Assembly: GCA_051362555.1 (NCBI GenBank)
Contig: CM120641.1
Coordinates: forward strand, 7,936,001 to 8,000,000
Direction of reading: 5' to 3'
Source of the DNA: Lingula anatina
Lineage: Eukaryota > Animalia > Brachiopoda
Length of the DNA stretch: 64,000 bases
Positions 13,421 to 24,885 of this stretch are shown here, piece after piece. Below the pieces are notes generated by a model, which worked only from the letters and a program-made list of their open reading frames with translations, ran no database searches and was not told the origin of the DNA. A program made the position numbers and the translations under genes. Within the stretch, counting starts at the first letter, position 1, and the number at the start of each line of letters is the position of its first letter.

Positions 13421-16400
13421 ACACACACTTTTTTAATCAGACTCTGTGCAGAATTTATCTTGGTGTATGGATTTTATAGCTATTGCATTAATGAATTTGA
13501 GCAATCTTAAGAAATCTTACATCCAGTTCTTTTTTGTGTTCCTTTTGAAGAGTAGATAACTGTTTTTGGAATTCTTTGGTAAGTGTGGCCTTTTCTGCAT
13601 TCTTTTCCTGAATCATCTTCAGTTCTTTTAAAATATAAAGTATGATGTGAGTGAAATATATTAAAATTTTATTTGTCTGCAACATTTCAGTAAGTAAACC
13701 ACTTGCCACACTTTGGAATATAAGAATTGCCCAACACCTCTGCTATGATGATCTCATCTTTAAAAATTTTGAACATTTTCCAATATATCAAGAAGAATGC
13801 ACTATTTCATATTACTTACTCATTTCATGAACATGACTTTGGATATTCTCTTTGTGTTTATACTCTATTTCCTCCTCTTTTCTCTTCCACTTGGTGTTCA
13901 TTTCTTGAGTGAGGGAGCTTTTAAAGGACTCAAATGAACCATGCAGGAATTCTATTTCTCCTTTCATTCGAGCTTAAATAAATACAAAATTCGTTCAGTG
14001 AAGCATATGAATAATTGGGGATAGAAGATAATTTTATCAATTTTGCTAACCAATTACCATTTTGTAAATTATTAAATTAACATAGCTGCAATAATGACAA
14101 TTACAGTGAATGGAGAAATCAGCATTCAGGTGCATTCAGACCTGATCTAACTTAAAGCAAGAATTTGTGTAGATGACATCACAAAATGAATAGACAACAG
14201 TCCTTCCAATTAGGTTAAATTTTAATTACACATTAAGCAATTAGGGCCTTGGATGATTTATGGCTTCAGTTGGACAAAGTCTGAACATATTTTTCATCAT
14301 ACCCTACCAAACATAAGCTGGCCCCTTTAGTTTATCCAACCAATACCATATTTGGCACTTACATATTGTAGCTTCAGTTGTACTTTTGTACTCTGCCATA
14401 GTGATGTCAAAGCTTGCTTTCATTCTCTTCATCTGCTCCTGGTGTTCTGCTTCTAATTCCCTTTGAAGACAAAAACACACATTTGTCTTGAAAACATTTG
14501 CATCCTGGCAACTTGCACAAATGAACGTTTTTGGTGCTGGAGTGCAGCGGCTCACTATGATAAAACCTCACAAATTATCAATACCAATTTTTTTCTTAGA
14601 GACCTTAATTAACATTTTGGAACTTTTGAATTATCATTTGCAGGTATAAGTATAAAAACATTGTTAAGGAAAATGTAAGTAATCAAATTTCTTCTGATTT
14701 ATCAGTAATTGCCATAAAAATTGTTCATTTGAAACCTGTATTTGCAATACTAGATTGAAATATTTTTGTCTCATTTTAATGACAGACAGTTTCAGTGTCA
14801 CAGTACCTATTATGAGATGGTTTTGGCTTTTAATATACTCTATATACCCTCAGTTTCAGATCCTGCTTTTTATATTTTCAGATGTATGTTTGTGCTTGCT
14901 TAACACTTATATATGCCTTATATTACTTTACTGTAGATTTGCAGAAAAATCTGTTACACATCAGATGTGACACTCAAGTCTCACAAAATGTCCACTATCT
15001 ATTTATATTGTAGCCTTGATGTAAATTACCATTCATGGGCTGTTTTAATTCTCACCTCACATGTTCCTCCTGCTCCTGGTTCATGTCCTTGACTTTTGTC
15101 TGAAGATTTTGAGCTGCCTGAAATAGAAATAAGGCCAGAGTTTTATACATTTATTAAATAGTTTGTGAAAATGGCCAGCTGTGATACTTATTGCTAATAG
15201 CCCAATCCACAGTAAGATCTTGTTTTTTATCTTCAAGCATATTTCTTAACGAAAAAAGAAAAAAAGAAACTCTGGTCACATAATTTTTAACATATAATAG
15301 CATTCTGATCTCTGGATAACAAATAAAACTATTACCTTATCTTTGGTATGTCTGTGGTTTAGGCGTTCTTCCTCTAAATATAAAGTCAGATCTTCTATTT
15401 GCTGCTGAAGCTGCCTGACAAATTCCTCTCTGAGATAAACAAAAAAAAAATATATATATATATAAGGATTTTATGATAAGATTAAAAAATTGTGTCATTT
15501 ACTCACTTCTAGAAACTTACGTGACTTAATAAACACCACATTACACAACAATAGGGATGGGCTGTATTTTACATGTATATCATTTCACTTAACAACCAGT
15601 AATAATCTAAGGTTTATTTTATATGTAAGTGTTTGCTTTGTGTTCAATTTGTATAGTTTTCAAAGGGACTGTACATAGGATTGTAAAAATATAGATAAAC
15701 ATTTGGAAAGTGGATGGAACATAGATAAAACATCCGGACAGCTTTTTCTGCATTGTTCACAATTTTCACTCTAACAAAAGCAGAAGAAATGTAGAATAAA
15801 ATTTTATTCTTACCTATGTGAATCCTGCAGGATTGCAGTTTTCCTGACAGAGAAGAGAAATAAAGCACAACAAATAATAAAAGTAAACTCCAGAAAAGTG
15901 GAAAACAAGGACTCACTAAAACAAACTCAAAATGTAACTACATGTAGATAATGCAAAAATCTAAAATCATGCAAAAACTGAAAATAATCATTATCTGTTT
16001 TTCTCTTTTTTTAAGGAAAGTAGTGGTTGCACAGAACCATCCTTAAGAACTACAAGTATCAATAGCATTTATATTTCAACCTTTGCTGACCTCAGTTATC
16101 AAGAAAATATATTCAATCAATATATTCAATTAGTAAATTCTATAGACAAAACAACTTACTTTTGTGCCTGTTTTTCTTCTGGTCTAGGATTAAAGAAGTC
16201 ATCCATTTTCAATGTAACTGCCAGTTTATTTTTACTCTTTGACATGGTATAACCAGGTCCTGTTGAATAGGGAACCATGGGTGTCTGAAAATAATTAGAA
16301 TAAATAAAGATCAAATAACCTTATAAAATATTCTAATTAAAAAAAAGATAATAAAAATAATTGGCTGCATAAAATATTACAACAAATTAAAGCAAGCTTT

Positions 16401-18685
16401 TGCTTCTAATTTTGTTTTTTTTTTAGTTTAATTTAATTTTATAAATAAGTTGCTTGCAAATGTCCACCTCAAGTGTCAACAGCAACTAGGAAAGTCCTGA
16501 AGGCAGTGGGAAAGGTTATTCATCCAGAACAGTAAACAATCATGGGGAACCATATAAAAATAAATCTAAAAGAAATGGCAAAGCTCTGCCACCAACAGGT
16601 CAGGTGTGCTACAGATAACACCAAAAGGTAAAAATGAAAAAAAAATCTAAAAAGCACATCCATATCAACTACAAAAACAAACTGATGAAGTGAAAATAAA
16701 ATGCCAATAACAATAGACAGAGCTCAGAGCAAATATCATAACTTCATAATTCTTATGCACTGAGGACCATTCAAGGAAAGGGGGAGGGGTTAACAGTAAC
16801 TTTTCTTTTATCTTATTCTATCACAGTTGGGTATGGTGGAGGGAAGTCACATTTGTGCATTGTATATTATATGTGTTTACTTAGTATTATAGTAAATAGG
16901 CCTCCTGACCTTTTTACAATTTACAAATGATCCACTGTAGGTAAGGTGGAATATATTTCAGCACATTACATTGTAGCATTCTTCTATTTGATGCATGAAA
17001 ATATATATTTACATACTCCAAACATTTTCATTATTTTCTGTCCTTAATATTTGTACAAATTTATCACATATATTTGGGATGCCCCTAGGGCAATGGGAAA
17101 GTTTATCAATGCAAAACAATAGTCAAGGGAACCACATAAAAATAATAAATCTAAAACAAACATTAAAACACTACCCTACCAAGTGTCCTATAGCTAATTT
17201 CTAAAAAGTAAAGCAAAAGAGGTCAAATAGGAAAATTTACTGAATAGCACATTCATATCAATCATATCCAAAAATCTGATAATGTGAAAAAAATGCTAAT
17301 AACAACAGATAGAGCTCAGAGCAAATAACACAACTTCATAATTCTAATAACACAAGCATTGAAGGCCATTTAAGGAAGCGGGGGTTTAACAGCTTCTTTT
17401 TTATTATTTAACACAGATGGGTCTGGTAGTGGAGAGTTGCCTTTGTACAGTGTGTATATGTATCAAAGAGAAGGGAAAAACAATAGTCTATACCACACAA
17501 GAAATCATTGCAACTCTCAAATTTTACCTCTTCAATAACAATGTGTCTGACAGGTTTTGGCAAAGGCTGAAGTCAAATATCATTTGTTGAATAAAGTTAT
17601 TTTGGTCTGGCTTTCAGACATGCTTCAAAGCAACACACAGCTAAATTCTATCTATATTTCTATGCAAATAAACCATATGCTACAGGCACACTACAAGACT
17701 GAAGTCTAAATTTAATCTAAGTCAAGGTTACATTGCAAGTAATCACAACTTAATCATCTATTTAGCTACAACTTATCTTGTCACTTGTCCTATGCAACTA
17801 AATTCTGTCCTCTAAACTTACATCCAGATTTTTTTGCCAAGGGGGCGGTTTCCCTTTTTTGGGTCCAAAGTGATTCTCAAACTTGTGTTTCCTTGTTGCT
17901 TCATGTTCTACTTGATACAGGCGGTCACATCTATAAACACAATATATATTAAAAATAGATGGCAGAAAATAAAAAGCAATGATGTGTTCTGTAGATTTTT
18001 TTGAAAATTTCCTTAAAATGCTCTACAAAAGAAAAAAACTTTCTCCAAGTTTCCATAGAAATAAAGCCCTTTTATTTTATTTATCCTGAATAAGAAAACG
18101 CAACATCTACAGTATATACTGCCACTTACTCGTATCCTGAGATGGCTCCAGCAGCTGTTGTAGGTCTAGCTGGTTGAGGAGGCTCTGGAGACACTGATGG
18201 ACTGAATGTTACTTTTAGATGGCTTGGACTGGATCTAAAATGTTGATTTTTTATATATATAATAAAAATATCAAAAAATAATACAATAAATAAGAAATAA
18301 TAAAAATAACAATGAAAAATAAGAAACAATCGGATGTTTAATAACACACAAACACATATCTGAGACTGAATACAAGGTCAAATCCAACAAGTGACGTCAA
18401 TAAGAAAATTATTGATAACTGACCAACTATAAAGACTGGCTGTCCATAAAATATGAAAATTATGGCTCTCCAATCAGCACGTGTATTTAAAGTAATCACA
18501 TGTTTAACATGTTCATGTTTTGTACTGAGTATAAATATGTTTAGCAGACTGGCTTACTTAGGTCTGTCAAGTTTCCTGCTGCCTTTGGGTGAAGGTGTTT
18601 TACTTCTGAGGCCACTGGGAGGTAAAGATTGTCCAGCCCAAGCTTCCAGGCGAGGCGGTGACTGATACATCACGTCTGTACTCAT
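11644..18685 (-). CDS. FLACC1: Flagellum-associated coiled-coil protein, FLACC1/ALS2CR12-like, about 12 coding exons (ATG 18685, stop 11644), with a likely non-coding first exon near 19346-19400
   Basis: Exons splice to MSTDVMYQSPPR...TPMVPYSTGPGYTMSKSK...EEFVRQLQQQIEDLTLYLEEER...EIEFLHGSFESFKSSLTQEMNTKW...RQMYVKKCGELFDEK; long heptad regions and spacing recall vertebrate ALS2CR12 (from memory). The gene structure is firm, the symbol less so. Confidence 0.65.
16480..17455. repeat. Diverged tandem duplication (about 16480-16870 and 17080-17455) inside a FLACC1-like intron
   Basis: shared blocks gggaaccayataaaaata..aatctaaaa, gagctcagagcaaata..aacttcataattct, ccatt(c/t)aaggaa.ggggg in the same order. 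Confidence 0.7.
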
Positions 18686-19352
18686 TTTCCCATTGTGTAT
18701 CTGTTGCAATATAGAAATATTTGCTGCATTTGTAAAAAGAAAATGTGAATAAGACAGTAATAAATTCAAAAGGTCTGAATGATCCATGGTACAAAGTTTA
18801 TTTAATTTAAAGAGTCATTGGCTCTATGGCTGAATAGCAAAATCTTTCTGTCTTAGAAGATAATTAAAGAAAACAGAAACACGTTTTACAAGCAATATGC
18901 AATAAAACAGAGTGTCTTTTAAATCAGCTTTCAGACCAATTAACCTTAGCAAAAAATTCAAGCATTAATAGTCCTGTTGACGATTTTTGATATATACTTA
19001 CCACATCAAAAGAAGTGCTTACACATGCATCTCGTTCTAAATAAACCTTTGCTCTTAATCTTATTTAAAAACTTTTTTAAAAATGAGCCTTCGAACTAAT
19101 GAGCCATCACACTGACACATCATAAATGCAAGAATTCAAACATCCAAACTGCAACTCAAAAACCAACGTAACTTGAATGCAATGTATTATAAATTGGTTG
19201 ATAAAAAATTGTGTATTGACCAGATGAAGACCAAATAGCACCGATTTTATAAAGGCCAAATATAAATTTATTTGATGCACGATCCTAGTTTTGACTAGTT
19301 CAAAATCCTTTGCAATTTTCAAATATTTTAATCATTAAATTCTACCTTAATC

Positions 19353-19692
19353 GTTTCCTAAGGCATGGAGATCTACATGTAGGAGATAGCTGTCGCTGAA
19401 GTAGTCAAAATGGCGTTGCCAAGGTCAACAACTGTCCCGCACCAGTTAAAAGCACTTGCTGTAAAAACCAACTATATAGCAGTGTGAAAGCACGTATACA
19501 CATCAAAGAAATTTAACATTCCAAAAGGAAAGACAATGATAATATCATTTCCGAAAGGGTATGAAGATGCGAAATAGATACTTTTGAACTTGGAAGCTCT
19601 CGGTGCATTTTTCCTTGTTAAGAATGCGTTTGATGTGCTATCCATTTGCGTCGCAACAAACACAATGCCCTACTAAATGCGTCTTCCAAGTC
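19353..19692. promoter_or_regulatory. Bidirectional promoter FLACC1-like/GSTZ1 with RFX X-box-like motifs
   Basis: Head-to-head genes; GTTGCCAAGGTCAAC (19415-19429) and GTTTCCTAAGGCAT (19353-19366) resemble the X-box; CAAAATGGCG (YY1-like) at 19406-19415. Confidence 0.5.
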
Positions 19693-20570
19693 ATGGCAAG
19701 GGTAAGCAATGCCTAACGCTTGCTCATTTTCTGTATCTGCAGTTGTATATCATTTATATGACCGTCTGTATTTTTGCATACCCTTTAAAATCTTGAGATA
19801 CATTAAGTTTTTCAATATTCAGGTGTAGTTAATGAAGTAAATGCCCTGGCACAAGCCTTTAATTTTCAGGTCAAGCACTACAATAGAGTACAGTACATGT
19901 ATATAATAGGTTGCGTTCAGAAAAAAAAAATTTTTACTAGCAGGATCGACCTACCTCTGCGGGGATTCCTGCTAAAGAACACTCATTGTAATAAGCTTAA
20001 TTGTCTGGCACGCCCCCTCGAGAAGCTAGGGGATAATTATAACTTTTTAGAGTAGGGGAGAGGTGGTCGCTCCGTTTTTGCGCACAATGGTTAATTACCC
20101 CTTGCTTCTCGAGGGGGTGTCATACAATAAACTGATTACACTGACTGCACTTTAGCAAGAATCCCTGCAGAGATAGATCGAGCCTGCTGGTGCGATAACT
20201 TTATTCTGAACAGACTCATACTGTATACCATTATATTAAAGTTACCAGTTGTGACTGTGGACAAACCCGTAGTGCCTGTAATTTTGAAATTTTCTAACTT
20301 TATTTCTGTGCATCAATTTTGAATCTCCTCATTAAGCAAACATGTACTCTATGTACGTATACATGTTATTCATTTGGTGGTGTATATAATCTTTATAAAT
20401 ATTTATGAATATATTTTCAGCCAATATTATATACTTACTTCCGAAGCTCTGCTTCATGGCGAGTAAGAGTTGGTAAGTGATATTTCATTTTACAGCTTTA
20501 TTGCCTTGTTGTGTGGAAAAGGGTTACTATCAAATATGACCAAGTTTGAAAATCAAGATATGGGACGAGT

Positions 20571-20608
<38 letters not shown>

Positions 20609-23600
20609 GATAAGGGTGAGAGAAATGAAAGTGTGTGTGTGTGTGTTCTCAAAAGAGAGATTGAGAGAGCGAGAGAGAGAATGAGAGAGAGAGAAGTGAT
20701 TTTAGAATTTGTGTGACACCTGTTAATTTTTGTAATGTATGTTAACAGCTGTCATGTACCATACTGAATGCCTTTATAGTACCAAATATTGTAGCAGGAT
20801 TAGTAGATTTGTAAAGTTAGTAGTTTTAATTAAATTATAAGTGAAATAGTTGCATGACCAGGTTTTTTTCTTCTTTGGGCCAATCCTTGGTGTCCTGAAG
20901 AGCCAAAAGTCTTTGGCACAGACTGTCACACAGCTAGTAAATATATACTTTGACTTTAACATTTTTTGCTACCAAGTTTTCATGTAACTTTCATTTTGAT
21001 CTTGAAATGTAAAATATTAGCTTCATGACTTTCACAGTATCTGTCACAACTGAATTTATTGTAATACATTTTAATCTTGCACTATAAAGCACTGGCATAC
21101 AAAGGGTTGGAATATGAATCGAGACCAATCAGCCTTATAAAAGATGGTGGACAGCAGAAGTCTGCGGAATATACAGCCCTTAATCCCCTGCAGCAGGTGC
21201 CTTGCTTGATCATAGATGGAGCCACTTTAACACAGTCTGTATGTTGATAATTCTTCCTGTACTTGGTTCTGTTGGTTGAGGCAGTTGTTCATTTAAACTT
21301 TAACATGCATCTTTTATGGTCACATGAAAAATTTTGTCCACTAAAAAAAAAGACACTAAGACAAACCAATGCTCATGAAAACTGCCTTAATTGACTGAGG
21401 TAATAAAAGGCCAACATATTTTGAGTTCTGTAATCAAATGTTGACACCCTTGCATAAGATCCATTTTCTGTCCATTAATGAGGATTGAACTTAGTGCTTT
21501 ACTGTCTTGACATACCCTGTTATCATGCTTGCTAACCATATAAAGAGGATCAATTTAATCCTTCTGTTGTCCTGCTACACCCTTTGTAGGTTACACATGC
21601 CTTACCTATTTGTTGGGATGGCCAAAAATCATTATTAGATGGTTTGTGAAGATAACAGTTCTTAATTGAGATGTCATGACTGGTCTGTTAAATTAAACAT
21701 GTTGTACAGTGTATGTTACTGCTCTTAATTAATTTTTCCATATTCAACCTAAAGTGGTTTTTCATTTTTTTTTTCAAATTTCCAGTTGCCTATTATAGAA
21801 TATTTGGAGGAAACAAGACCTAATCCACCACTGCTTCCTAAAGACCCAGTGTTGCGTGCAAAGGTATAGAATTTTGTTTTTCTGATAGCACAGAAACTGA
21901 TTTGAAGAACCAGAAGGTTCAAAATTATAAAGCTACATGCTGTGTTCTCATTGGATTTGTTAAAACTCCAGGCAGCACAATGAGCAGTAATGTATGTTAT
22001 GTATGATGGATGGGCCAGTAGATTTTTGATGAAGGCATGATTGTTGTAACTCGGGTATTGAACAGAATTACTTTCTATAAACCCATTTGAAAAAAGTGAA
22101 CAAAAAACATCAGAGTTACCACATGTATTTGATGTAGTGTTTTAAAATGCAACAGTGTAACTGTGCTATGTCATATTGTCTAACTCAGTGATAAGAGAAT
22201 GATTACAAAGTAGGGGTTGTATTCAAGAGCCTGATGCACGATATTCAGACTGAAACAATTTTGTTAAAATTGATGAGAATGCGAACTCAGGTAGTTATAA
22301 GATATTTATGAAATTCTGTTAACTGATTTAAGTCTAAAGAAATCTTCAGCCTCCAGGTAGTGATATTTACATCTTTGAAGGCATGCAATGAGGGTTAAAC
22401 CTTCATAAAACTGAAGTTTCATTTTCTTTGAAATTTCAGTTTTTTTTTTTTTGTCCTATAGGTTTCATGTGCATTGTATGCATGTTTTCCTGAAAAAAAA
22501 TCATCAATTTTTTCTGTATCACTATGATATACAATATATACATGTAAAACCAATGAGAAAATTGCAATCTGTGTTCAGTCCGGTTTTTAAGGTTTTGATT
22601 CCTAATTTTTTATCATCGCAAGTGAAATTCACCAGTTTCTACCTATATTATAATGAGAGACTCAAAACCTAGAAACTGAAAAACAGGATTGTGGATCATT
22701 CTGGATATGGCATGCTTTGCTGATTAAGAGTAATGTGTAGAAATGTCTAGGAAAATTCAATTATTTGCTGTATAAAACTATGGGATATTGTATTGTATTT
22801 AATCACCAATATATACCTTTTTTACAATTTGAAAAAACATGCTGTGTTTATCAGGAAAACAAAAAGTTATTGCTGGTGTAAGAACATTCTAATAAATGTT
22901 AAGTATTTTAACAGGCAAGACAGACAGCTGAGACAATTAATGCCTTTACCCAGCCCTTGTCAAACTCAACAGTGCTGGGCCTGGTAGGAGAATGGTGCGG
23001 TGAGGATAAAAAGGAAAAATGGGCAGGAATATGGATTGATAAAGGTTTTACAGGTAGATGAATTATAGTGAGCTAGAGCTTCAGATCCAGTGCAGGACAG
23101 CCTCTTCATTTTCAAATTTTCACATATGCCTGTTTATGGAAGTACCTTACTGATGTGGAAATTTGAATGTGAAGGAGTGGGCACATTTATGTTATGAAGC
23201 TCATGGTAATTATGGTGTGATTTTTATGCATGATGCTTGAACTCTGCTTCTATGTTACTTTTTCAACAGGCAAGACAAATAGCTGAGATAATTAATGCAT
23301 TTACTCAGCCTTTGTCAAATTTGGCAGTGCAAGCAGTGGTTGGAGAGTGGTGTGGTAATGACAAGAAAGGAGAGTGGGCAAGAATTTGGATTGATAGAGG
23401 TTTTACAGGTAGCAAAATGCATATTTTAAATCAACTTGTAGTTTCAGTAAAAAATGAAAATCGATTTTTATTATTAAATGGACACTTCTATAAGGTATGA
23501 GCCCCATCATTTTATCTACGTATATCCATTAGACTTCATCAAGAAACTTAACTTATTGTCATTGTGTCAGTATAATTTTTTTCCATTCTTTATTTGGTTT

Positions 23601-24736
23601 ACAGGTAGATTAAGCTTTCCAGATATTCACTGAAAATTGAATTTATAAAATAGTTTGTGAGAATTTGATAACTGTTAAATTCTTTAAAGCTGCACATTTT
23701 TGGTATAAAGTAGTCTGATAGATTGGACTTTTTTATGCTTTTCGTTGAGCAGTGTCCGACTCTAGCCACTTTATTCATTTCTTTCAAAGCAATGCATCAA
23801 AAATTGATTCTTTCATCAGTTTTTGCCATTAAGAACCTGTGTGCAGGATTTCGAATGTTTATGGTATTTTAACCAATGTTTATCCATTATAAAACTTGCC
23901 TTATTTTTATACAAGAATCCTTTTTATTTAATTTAAAACGAGAAAAAGAAGATAAATAAAAATTAACAAAAACAGGAAAATCACTTTGGAATTTCTCAAA
24001 TATTTACAAACCAGGTGCTGCTTAGCACTACCGTAGTCACTGAATGATTTTGATCATCTGACACATAATTCTCATTATTTCCAGGATTGGAAAAAGTCCT
24101 TGAAAAGACTGCTGGAAAGTACTGCATTGGAGATGAAATAACAATTGCTGATGTGGCTTTGGGGCCTCAAATTTTTAATGCAAACCGGTAAATATTTTAG
24201 GACAGACCTCTGATGATAACGTGCATTATTTAGCCTGCAAAGCTTCTCGAAGCACTAATAGGTTTAGATTAGTGTGTTAAAAATTTAGCACCAGTGAGTC
24301 AGAGATCAAATTACATTCCATAGGGGGAAATTCCAGTTTCTTGTTGGTTATTCTGAGATTAATTTTGATATACTTGGAGGCTACTTGGTTCATCACTGTT
24401 TATAATAAGGAGGAGATGGCTGTTCTTTAAATTGTAATGTGAGACATTGTTTTTTCAAGACTTGAGATGGCATATAGGGGTTTCTTCTAATACATTCATT
24501 GAAAAAAATATGCAAATAAGACCTAAAAAGCATTAAATTGAACAAGAACAAATATAAAAAATTAGTTTTTTAATCCAGTTTTCAAACTGATCTCCCTTCT
24601 TTATTTCAGATTTAAAGTAGACATGACGAAGTTTCCAATAATCAGCAGAATTGTTGAAGAGCTGTACAAGCACGAGGCTTTCAAAGCAGCTGATCCAAGC
24701 AGACAACCAGACTGTCCAGAAGAGTTAAGAGCATAA
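19693..24736 (+). CDS. GSTZ1: Glutathione S-transferase zeta / maleylacetoacetate isomerase. Exons 19693-19701, 20421-20472, 21090-21238, 21786-21863, alternative 22915-23053 or 23270-23408, 24086-24187, 24610-24736
   Basis: Splices to [29 protein letters not shown]...IKDGGQQ...LNPLQQVP...[23 protein letters not shown]...[28 protein letters not shown]...[13 protein letters not shown], all zeta-class signatures. Confidence 0.95.
19909..20217. mobile_element. Foldback MITE-like element in GSTZ1 intron 1
   Basis: gttcagaa / ttctgaac, agcaggatcgacctacctctgcggggattc / aatccctgcagagatagatcgagcctgct, cccctcgagaagc / gcttctcgagggg nested inverted blocks. Confidence 0.7.
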
Positions 24737-24885
24737 AACTGACTTTCCTGCCTGTCAGCCTTGCATTAGCAATATAGCAGCATTTATTTCAGAGGATATT
24801 GAGTATACAATTTATAAATAATGTTTAATATATGAGCAGAGCGACATGTGAAGCCAAGGATGACAGTCTTATTGTGGAAATCATT

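Noticed and set aside
23770-23825. Minus-strand CTGATGA...GAAA resembling a second hammerhead
   Set aside because: Weak stem II and no UH cleavage triplet or stem I after GAAA
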